The notes beneath the pieces were generated by a model. The model worked only from the letters and a program-made list of their open reading frames with translations, was not told where the DNA came from and searched no databases. A DNA stretch of 48,145 nt, counting the filler, from Leucoraja erinacea (Eukaryota), in NCBI RefSeq assembly GCF_028641065.1. It is 2 parts of 2 records of this genome, joined end to end, with 100 filler letters (N's around TTAATTAATTAA, not from the genome) between each part and the next. Parts side by side here need not be neighbours in the genome. Positions count along the whole stretch, not along the records: positions 23,087 to 48,145 come from NW_026576641.1; 1 more part is not named here. One strand, given 5' to 3'. Made by a program: the position numbers and the translations under genes. Positions 38,020 through 48,145 of the stretch are shown here, in pieces. Within the stretch, counting starts at the first letter, position 1, and every line of letters begins with the position of its first letter.

Positions 38020-39310
38020 TATCCCACTCTTTAAGAAAGGCGGGGAGAGAGAAAACGGGGAATTATGGACCAGTTAGCCTGACATCGGTGGTGGTGAAGA
38101 TGCTGGAGTCAATTATAAAAGATAAGATAAGGTACTGAGGTCTAAGCGGAAGCTCAGAGGGGATAGAGCCTTCTCTGTTGCTGCTCCGGTGCTATGGAAC
38201 ACCCTGCCGTTGCACATCAGACAGGCCATCTACCACTGTCCATCTTCAAAACCAGTATTAAAACACATTTATATTCCTTGGCTTTTGACCCTGCTTGAGA
38301 CTTTGCTCCTGTTTTAGTGCTTTTAATGTTTTTAATTTTATTGTTTTTACGCTCTCTTTTAATGTTTTTATTGTCGTGTAATAATTTTTTGTCCATGATT
38401 AGTCATGTACAGCACTTTGTTGCAACAGTGGTTGTTTTTAAAGTGCTCTATAAATAAAGTTATTATTATTATTATTATTATTAAGATAGCCGCACATTTG
38501 GATAGCAGTAACAGGATCGGTCCGAGTCAGCATGGATTTACAAAGGGGTAATTTAGGAAAATGGACAAGGGAGAGCCAGTGGATGTAGTGTACCTGGACT
38601 TTCAGAGAGCATTTGATAAGGTCCCACACAGGAGATTAGTGGGTAAAATTAGGGCACATGGTATTGGGGGTAGAGTGCTGACATGGATAGAGAAGTGGTT
38701 GGCAGGCAGGAAACAAAGTGTAGGGATTAACGGGTCCCTTTCAGAATGGCAGGCAGTGACTAGTGGGGTACCGCAAGGCTCGGTGCTGGGACCAGCAGTG
38801 ACTAGTGGGGTACCGCAAGGCTCGGTGCTGGGACCAGCAGTGACTAGTGGGGTACCGCAAGGCTCGGTGCTAGGACCAGCAGTGTCTAGTGGGGTACCGC
38901 AAGGCTCGGTGCTGGGACCAGCAGTGACTAGTGGGGTACCGCAAAGCTCGGAGCTGGGACCACAGCTATTTACAATATACATCAATGATTTAGATGAAGG
39001 CATTCAAAGTAACATTAGCAAATTTTCAGGTGACACAAAGCTGGGTGGCAGTGTGAACTGTGAGGAGGATGCTATGAGAATGCAGGGTGACTTGGACAGG
39101 TTGGGTAAGTGGGAAGATGCATGGCAGATGAAGTTTAATGTTGATAAATCTTTCAAGAGAGAGCTAGATAGGGTTCTTGAAGATAAAGGAGTCAAGAGGT
39201 ATGGGGAGAAGGCAGGAATGGGCTACTGATTGTGGATGATCAGCCATGATCACATTGAATGGCGGTGCTGGCTCGAAGGGCCGAATGGCCTACTCCTGCA
39301 CCTATTGTCA
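38020..39310 (+). mobile_element. CR1 LINE fragment with a nested L2-type 3' fragment (~38130-38482) and an internal 42-bp x5 expansion
   Basis: RT motifs, (tat)n tail of the nested element, and repeated AVTSGVPQGSVLGP. Confidence 0.85.
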
Positions 39311-40329
39311 ATTGCCTATTCTCATCTTCTCTCTAAATGTACATCCTTTTATTCTGAGGCTGTGGACTCCAATCCTAGACTCTCCTCCTAATGGAAATAT
39401 CCTTTCCACATTCACTCTATCCAAGCCTTTCATAGATACATAGACAATAGGTGCAGGAGTAGGCCATTCGGCCCTTCGAGCCTGCACCACCATTCAATAT
39501 GGTCATGGCTGATCATCCAACTCAGTATCCCATCCCTGCCTTCTCTCCATACCTCCTGATCCCTTTAGCCACAAGGGCCACATCTAACTCCCTCTTAAAT
39601 ATAGCTCCCTCTTTCACCATTCAGTAAGTTTCAATGAGGTTTTCCCCTCATCCTTCTAAACTCCAGCAGGTGCAGGCCCAGTGCCAACAAACGCTCATCG
39701 TATGTTAACCCACTCATCCCTGGGATCAGACCCAGTTTAATGTCTGTTCTGGTGATGGGCCATCTCAGACCCTTTGGTCAGGTTAGATCAATGAGTGTAA
39801 ACGCCATACTGTAATCTGGGATCAAACGCCAGCCGACCTCCACCTCAGGGCACCTGGCGAGAAGACAATCTTTCAGCCCCAGGTGGATGTTGGCAGCAAT
39901 TAGCACCTGGCGCGTGGCCTGGCACTGTGCCAATGTCTCACTGATACTCACTATTCGCATGCTCCTCTGATATTAAGCAGCAGTGTCCTGGCGTTTATCA
40001 GCAGATTCCAATCAGATCAAGGGAATGTTTGCACATCGGGCTGTCGAGTAAATTAAATGTTTACTGTTCTCATTTACTTGCCAGTCAATTCCCAGTGACA
40101 ATCTGTCCTTCAGCGCGGACTTAACCCTTTCCGGCCCATTAATCCCTACTCTTTCTTCCCACAAACCCTTTCTGGCTTAAGTCCTCCCTCCACGAGTGGC
40201 ATTGGCACACGAACATTCACCATCCAACGGGATCCCACCACCGGCCACATCTTCCCATCTCCTCCCCCGTCTGCTTTCCGCAGAGACCGCTCCCTCTGTA
40301 ACTCCCTGGTCAATTCGCCCCTTCCTTGG

Positions 40330-41190
40330 GTGGGCGGCGTGACTCACATCGCAGCGGCCTCTGTAGTCAGTCTGTCGGTTTTTTTGTTGTTGTCGCATTT
40401 GAATGTTTGAATGTAGTTTAAAGTGCATTTTTTTTAAACTGGGTATGTGTGTGGGGGGCGGGGGTTGGGGGGGAAACTTTTAAAATCTTTCCCCTGCACA
40501 TAGAACCCGACCTTCTCCCTGTCGGGTCTCCGTTGTCATTGGGGCTGCACCGTGGAGCGGCCTCCAACCGGAACGACCTGGGGCTCCAGTCGCGGAGTTA
40601 CGGACTTACCCACCATCGTTGAGCTGGCCGAGTTCGGAGCGGGAGGAGCGGTGGTGGAGCGCTGCTGCGACCCGACCCCGGGGATTTGAAGGCTGCAGCT
40701 GCAGGTCTGGTGGATGGTGACACCGGGAGCCCGCGGGTCCCTGGTGGGAGACCGCTTTTCGGGGCTTCCGCAACGGCGACTTCTCCAACCCGCGTTGCGG
40801 GGTTGAAAAGTACCTGGAGCAGGGCCTCACATCGCCCGGCGCGGCTTTAAATGGCCGCGGGACTTGCTAGTGCCCGCCGGGGGCTCCAACACCAAGACCC
40901 GGAGCGCAGTCTTGCATCACCCGGCGCGGCTTTAATGGCCGCGGGACACTTACCATCGCCCGCCGGGGACTTTGACTGACATCGGAAGGAGAATGAGGAG
41001 TGCAGGGGAGGGATAAGACTTTGCCTTCCATCACAGTGAGGAGGAGATTCACTGTGATGGATGTTTGTATAAATTGTGTGTGTGTCTTGGTTCTTTTTCT
41101 TGTGTGTGTGACTGCAGAAACAAAATTTAATTTGAACCAATGAGGTTCAAATGTTACAAATAAATTGTATTGTATTAATTGTATTGTATT
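40330..41190 (+). repeat. Unclassified GC-rich interspersed repeat (related copy ~34850-35800)
   Basis: Shared blocks cagtctgtc.gttt..., gggaaactttt, cttacca.. and gccttccatcacagtgagga...cactgtg.tggatgtt, with microsatellite tails. Confidence 0.6.
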
Positions 41191-41838
41191 CCCACCCAAA
41201 CCACCCCGTCCCCTGGTACTTTCTCTTGCAACCGCAGGAAATGCTACACTTGTCGCTTTACCTCCCCCCCCCCTCGACTCCATCCAAGGACCCAAACAGT
41301 CGTTCCAGGTGAGGCAGAGGTTCACCTGCATCTCCTCCAGCCTCATCTATTGCATCCGCTGCACTGGGTATCAGCTGCTCTACATCGGTGAGACCAAGCG
41401 CAGGCTTGGCGATCGCTTCACCCAACACCTCCGCTCAGTTCGCAATAACCGACCTGATCTCCCGGTGGCTCAGCACTTCAACTCCCCCTCCCATTCTGAA
41501 TGCATCCTTTCTGTCCTCGGCCTCCTCAATGGCCTGAGTGAGGCCCACCACAAATTGGAGGAGCAGCACCTCAGATTTCATTTGGGCAATTTACACCCCA
41601 GTGGTGTGAACATTGACTTCTCTAATTTCAGGTAGTCCCTGCTTTCTCCCTCCTTCCCCTCCCCATCCGAGCTCTCCCTCAGCCCACTGTCTCCGCCTCT
41701 TCCTTTCCCCCCCCCCCCCCCACCCCCACACATCAATACATCAGTCTGAAGAAGGGTCTCGACCCGAAACGTCGCCTATTCCTTCGCTCCATAGATGCTG
41801 CCTCACCCGCTGAGTTTCTGCAGCGTTTTGGTCTACTT
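41190..41838 (+). mobile_element. Penelope-like element: GIY-YIG endonuclease plus terminal repeat
   Basis: LIYCIRC...LYIGETKRRLGDRFTQH...VAQHFN...LEEQHL...GVNIDF. Confidence 0.9.
41746..41773 (+). ncRNA. Minimal hammerhead-ribozyme-like core in the Penelope terminal repeat
   Basis: CTGAAGA-A-GGGTC-TC-GACCC-GAAAC-GTC. Stem I pairing is not evident. Confidence 0.55.
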
Positions 41839-43709
41839 TCCCTCCCAGGAGCTAACTCTGCCTGCCAGAGTCTCACAAACCCTCACAAACCAAACCAAGT
41901 TTTCCCGGGATAACCTTATTGGAAAGTATGGTTGAATGAAGCTTGCACCACTTGTTGTGACATTAGATATTAACACTATGCACTAACGCTGCCAAAATGC
42001 CTCTGGCCATTGGAATAGAGTCCAAGAACAAACTAATATCTTGCAACCACAATGTCATGCTGGAGATGATCTGATAAGACTTTTTGTATAAAGAATCCAG
42101 AATAAACAAACATACCATAAATTGCGTGCTCAAAGTTTGCTCTCAGTAAATAGTTTCAAGTGAATGACATCGGCCTCGGCAGCGAGCTGCAAGTGAATCA
42201 CTGGCTCCCGTTTCGTCAGCAGATACGGATGTAGCCCAGTCCTTCGCACCGACCAACCTCCCTCCCCTTGACTCCATCTACACCTCACGCTGCCTCGGCA
42301 AGGCCAGCAGCACCATCAAGGCCCAGGAAGTTTGGCGTGTCCCCAACAACTCTCGCCAACTTGTACAGATGCGCCACGGAAGCAGGCACGGAAATCGGCG
42401 TCAAAACATGCGGGGGACACAACTTCTTGCCGGCTGTGCACAAACACACACACACACGAGGCTTCAGAAGTGGACAACGGCAACAGCAGCTTCATCCGCC
42501 CTGAATCATGGGGCTTGAATCGGCCCGTTCATGGGGTCTTTCATCAGCCGGCGGGGGCTTCAACATCGGGAGCCTCGATCGCCTCGATGCAGCTGTTTGA
42601 TGTTAAGTCGCGACGGGCGATGAAAGGCCCCGCGAACGGGCCGATTCAGCCCTTAGAAAGCGGTTGATCAAGTCCGGAATACACAATATGGGGGAGGGGA
42701 TTTCCCCCCGCCTCTCAAAGCAGGGTGGGGGGGGGGGGCGATGTGTACCCCCTCTACCCCCCGGGAATTCCGCCCCAGCAAAGAAGGAACAATATCAGGA
42801 TACATCTCAAACTTCCACCACGTCTAACCTAAACCACTATCCTTCCATGAGATCTTCCTCTGCATAATTTGGCCACTGCTTCTCCTAGATTGGAATATTC
42901 CACACAAACCCTCCCCTCCCAGCCCCGCCAACGATCAGCTCGCCTGAGAACATCCGCCAACTTTGGCTACTGCTTCTCCTAGATTGGAAGGGCTGGGGGG
43001 ATGGGGAAACCCACATTGGGAAACAAACCAATCCCTAGAATCCCTTCCCCAAACATCAGCTCGCCTAAGAACAGGGTCCGCCAGTGGCACTCACCCCACG
43101 GGGATGTAGAAGGCGCTACAGAAATGCACACCCCCTCAACATTAGGAAGACGGCTGGGGGGATGGGGAAACAATTGGGAAACACTCCTCAATAGCTAGAA
43201 TGTCCTTCCTCAAATTTCATTAAGATACCCTCTCATTCTTCTAAATTCCAGAGTATACAAGCCCAGCCGCTCCATTCTATCAACATATGACAATCCCACC
43301 ATCCCGGGAATTAACCTGGTGAACCTACGCAGCACTCCCTCAATAGCAAGAATGTCCTTCCTCAAATGAGGTGACCAAAACTACACACAATACTCCAGGT
43401 GTGGTCTCACTAGGGCCCTGTACAACTGCAGAAGGACCTCTTTGCTCCTGTACTCAACTCCTCTTGTTATGGAGGCCAACATGCCTTCATGGGCTGAAGG
43501 GCCTGTTTCTATGCTGTATCTCCAATCTAAACGAAAGTACTAAAATCCCTCCGCTCCCTCTTCATCTGAGCTGTCTCCCCTTGAACCCTTCACACCCCAC
43601 CTCTTCTTGTATCTCCTCCCCTGTTATGTCTTCCGATCAGTCCTTCCACAAACAATGGTATTGTCCAATTCACCTCTAGACGGAGATGTTTAAAACATGA
43701 TCTCTCCTG

Positions 43710-44150
43710 GTCCGAGAACACTGATGCAATTATAAAGAAAGCACATGAGCGCCTCCACTTCCTGAGAAGATTGCGGAGAGTCGGTTTGTCAAGGAGGACT
43801 CTCTCGAACGTCTACAGTTGCACAGTAGAGAGCATGCTGACCGGTTGCATCGTGGCTTGGTTCGGCAACTTGAGCGTCCAGCAGTGGGAAAGTCTACAAA
43901 AAGTAGTAAACACTGCCCAGTCCATCACCGGCTCTGACCTCCCCACCATCGAGGGGATCTATCGCAGTCGCTGCCTCAAAAAGGCTGGCAGCATCATCAA
44001 GGACCCACACCATCCTGGCCACACACTCATCTCCCCGCTACCTTCAGGTAGAAGGTACAGGAGCCTGAAATCTGCAACATCCAGGTTCAGGAATAGCTAC
44101 TTCCCCACAGCCATCAGGCTATTAAACACAACTTCAAACAAACTCTGAAC
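43710..44150 (+). mobile_element. Rex1/Babar LINE 3' fragment
   Basis: CTVESMLTGCIVAWFG...HPGHTLISPLPSGRRYRS...FRNSYFPTAIRLLN. Other fragments at ~15500-15840(-) and 47460-47720(-). Confidence 0.85.
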
Positions 44151-47100
44151 ATTAATAGCCCATTGCACTTCATAAGCTTATTTATGTCTGTGTGCATATA
44201 TTCAATGGTATATGGACACACAGACCTGTGGAATTCTCTGCCTCAGAGGCCGTTTCTTTGGATGCTTTCAAGAGAGAGCTAGATAGGGCTCTTAAAAATA
44301 GTGGAGTCAGGGGTTATGGGGAGAAGGCAGAAACGGGGCACTGATTGGGGATGATCAGCCATGATCACATTGAATGGCGGTTCTGGCTCGAAGGGCCAAA
44401 TGGCCTACTCCTGCTCCTATTGTCTATCTGTTCTGTATTTATGCCTATTATATTCTGTTGTGCTGAAGCAAAGCAAGAATTTCATTGTCCTGACACATGA
44501 CAATAAACTCTCTTGAATGCTGAATCTTGAAAAACAGCAGGAGGAATTCTGCTGGATTTTACTGGGAGCCCGGGTGGATAACGAGGTTGAAGGGCGTTGT
44601 GTGCAGCGTTTTTACAGGGGGGGGTCTCTGCTAATGAACAGCTGCCTGCCAGCTGTTTGTGAAGAGAGGGCAGCTTTAATGAGGTCTGGTTGGGACTCTG
44701 CATCTCCCCTGGGGAGGCGGAGAGCTGCACTAGCACCATCACCATCAATCACCCGTTATAATGAGCGGCGCTGGCTTGTTGCTTGTGCAGCCCAGACGTT
44801 GCTCACAGCTCTCTGCACTTTAGACCCGTTCCCTGCTGCAGCTGCCAGTTTCACGGCCAAATCTCCCCCCTTCTACCCCTCGCCCGACTCGCAAACACTG
44901 GTGACTCTGCTATTTGCCACAGCCGGAGAGTTGCTGTCCCACAGCACCAGAGACCCCGGTTCAATCCTGACCAGGGGTGCTGTCTTACGGAGTTTGTACA
45001 CTCGCCCTGTGAACGAACGCGCGGGTTTTCTCTGGGTGCTCCGGTTTCCTCCCACATTGCAAAGACAATACACCATAGGTGCAGGAGTAGGCCCTTCGGC
45101 CCCTCGAGCCAGCATCGCCATTCAATGTGATCATGGCTGATCATCCACAATCAGTACCCCGTTCCTGCCTTCTCCCCATATCCCCTGACTCTGCTATTTT
45201 CCCTATGCAACTCTCTCTTGAAAGTATCCAGAGAACTGGCCTCCACCGCCCTCTGAGGCAGAGAATTCCACAGGCTCACCACTCTCTGTGAGAAATAGTG
45301 TTTCCTCATCTCCGTTCTAAATGGCTTATTACCCCTTATTCTTAAACCGTGTGTGGCCCCTGGTTCTGGATTCCCCCAACATCGGGAACATATTTCCTGC
45401 CTCCAGCGTGTCCAAACCCTTAATAATCTTGTATGTTTCAATAAGATGCCATCTCATCCTTCTAAACACTTGGCGGTAGCTTACCGTGGCTTGACGTCGA
45501 CTAGGTGGTAGGTTGTTGTAGCCTGTCGTAGACATTATAGACAATAGACAATAGGACCGGCCTCCACCGCCCTCTGAGGCAGAGAATTCCACAGACTCAC
45601 AACTCTAAGTGAGAAAAAGCGTTTCCTCGTCTCCGTTCCAAATGGCCAACCCCTTATTCTTAAACTGTGTGGCCCCTGGTTCTGGATTCCCCCAACATCG
45701 GGAACATGTTTCCTGCCTCCAGCATGTCCAAACCCTTAATAATCTTGTATGTTTCAATAAGATGCCATCTCATCCTTCTAAACTCCAGAGTATACAAGCC
45801 CAGCCGCTCCATTCTCAATAGACAATAAGACAACAAGATCCCTTCTCAGCCTTCTAAGTTACAGAGTATACAAGCCCGGCCGTTCCATTCTCTCAACATG
45901 TGACAGTCCCGCCATCCTGGAAATTAACCTTGTAAACCTACGCTGCACTCCCTCAATAGCAAAAATGTCCTTCCTCAAATTAGGGAACCAAAACTGCACA
46001 CAATACTCCAGGTGTGGTCTCACTAAATGGAACTAAACTCACGGGGAGAACGTACAAACTCAGCACATTTAACATCCAGTAGTCAGGATCGAACCTGTGT
46101 CTCTGGCACTACAAGGGAACAAATCTACCGCTGTTCCACCATGCTGCCCATCCTGGTACAAAATCCATTATTCACCTATTATCCCTACTGCTTAACAGCC
46201 ACTGAAAATCACATCTTATTGAATTAGGTGCAATAAGTATTTAATGGCGTGACAAATGATAACTGCTGAACGACCTCTCTGGCCCTGAAAACCAAATTTT
46301 GTACGCACGGATTTTCAATTGGATAATTAATTCAAAATTATTACTTTTTTTAATCCGAAAGTTTGTTCATTTGTCAACTTCCTCCTTCATGTGGTTCTCA
46401 GTGACTCTATTGTGTGTTCTCTTCCTCTTTTCCTTCGATGCAGCTGGCCGCACGAACGACTCAGTCATATCACTGTTGCTAGGCTCACGACAGCACACAG
46501 TGGGGTCAAGTGTCAAGGTCAGGTGTCAAGGGTTATGGGCCTGTCCCACTTGGGAGATTTTTTTCGGCAACTGCCGGCGACTGTCATGGTCGTAGCAGGT
46601 TGCCGAAAAACCAGGTGACTGGACCTCCCCCCCCCTTACGACAATTAATTCTCTGCCTCAGAGGGCGGTGGAGGCCGGTTCTCTGGCTGCTTTCAAGAGA
46701 GAGCTAGATAGGGCTCTCAAAGATAGCGGAGTCAGGGGATATGGGGAGAAGGCAGGAATGGGGCACTGATTGTGGATGATCAGCCATGATCACATTGAAT
46801 GGCGGTGCTGGCTCGAAGGGACGAATGGCCTCCTCCTGCACCTATTGTCTATTGTACCTGCGACTGAATTGTCTTCAGTTATCACTGACAGGGTCATAGC
46901 TTGTCGAGGGTGGACTTTGGTTGTCATAGGTTGTCGCCTGTGTGGTCATAGGTGGCCGTGCTATTGGGTTGCCGGTTGGCGGTAGCTTACCGTGGCTTGA
47001 TGTCGACTAGGTGGTAGGTTGTTGTAGCCTGTCGTAGACATTATAGACAATAGACAATAGGACCGGCCTCCACCGCCCTCTGAGGCAGAGAATTCCACAG

Positions 47101-48145
47101 ACTCACAACTCTAAGTGAGAAAAAGCGTTTCCTCGTCTCCGTTCCAAATGGCCAACCCCTTATTCTTAAACTGTGTGTGGCCCCTGGTTCTGGACTCCCC
47201 CAACATCGGGAACATGTATCCCGCCTCTAGCGTGTCCAAGTCCTTGACAATCTTATATGTTTCAATGAGATGCCCTCTCATCCTTCTAAACTCCAGAGTG
47301 TACAAGCCCAGCCACTCCATTCTCTCAGCATATGACAGTCCCGCCATCCTGGGAATTAACCTTGTAAACCTACGCTGCACTCCCTCAGTAAACAACAATG
47401 TCCTTCCTCAAATTAGGGGACCAAAACTGCACACAATACTCCAAAATTCCAATTAAGATAGTCCGAGGGTCTCCAATCAGGTAGATAGTAGTTCAGGACT
47501 GTTCGCTGGTTGTTGATAGGATGGTTCAAAGCCTGATAACAGCTGGGAAGATACGGTCCATGAATCTGGAGATTTGCATTTTCACACTTCTATTCGTTTT
47601 GCCCAAGGAGAGATGGGAGAAGAGAGAATGGCCAGGGTTCCACTGGTCCTTGATTATGCTGCTGGCCTTGCCGAGACAGCATGAGATATAAATGGAGTCA
47701 ATGGAAGGGAGGTTGGTAGGTTTGTTTGATGGTCTGGGCTGCGTCCACAAGGAAGGAGACAGTGAGGCTGAAGTGTCTCGACCCAAAACGTCACCTATTC
47801 CTTTTCTGAAGAGCTGCTGCCTGACCCATTGAGTTACTCCTGAAGAAGGGTCTCGACCCGAATTGTCGCCCGTTTCCTTAGCTCCATAGATGCTGCCTCC
47901 ACTGCCGAATTTCTCCAGCAATTTTATCTACCTTCAATTTTCCAGCATCTGCAGTTCCTTCTTAAACATTGAGTTTCTCCAGTTTTTTAATGTCAGTTTG
48001 ACTTCATTTTGTCTGGGCGGAGGATATCTGAGGTCAGCCCTGCTAAAGAGTGTACAGCCTTGGGCTAATGAAACAAATCAGCGTGCAACCTCTCGCTGCC
48101 CAATTTGACCTCCCAGCCAACATAAACCAACAATATACTCTGGCC

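Noticed and set aside
44517-45140. 207-aa ORF
   Set aside because: No recognisable domain, and the 3' part runs through SINE and LINE fragments.

Overview
Repeat-dense vertebrate genomic DNA, most likely from a cartilaginous fish (skate/ray/shark). The evidence is HE1-type V-SINEs and abundant CR1/HER1-type LINE fragments, alongside Penelope, Rex1/Babar, RTE, L2, Tx1, a BEL LTR element, a Passport-like Tc1 and Harbinger-like MITEs. The left half (minus strand) holds a duplicated immune-receptor locus. It has five germline-joined VJ-type Ig V exons (NKp30/NCR3-like, no RSS), a transmembrane exon missed by the ORF track (16294-16466; intramembrane Lys, short tail, TCR-alpha-like register) and an untranslated last exon with a polyA signal. 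The V exons vary mainly in the BC, DE and FG loops and are recombinant mosaics, and each duplicated unit keeps only one intact V exon. An artificial 100-bp scaffold linker (22987-23086) separates this from the right half, which has two RGS3-like exons and mostly repeat-filled sequence. All homology calls are from recalled family motifs, not database searches; repeat boundaries are approximate.
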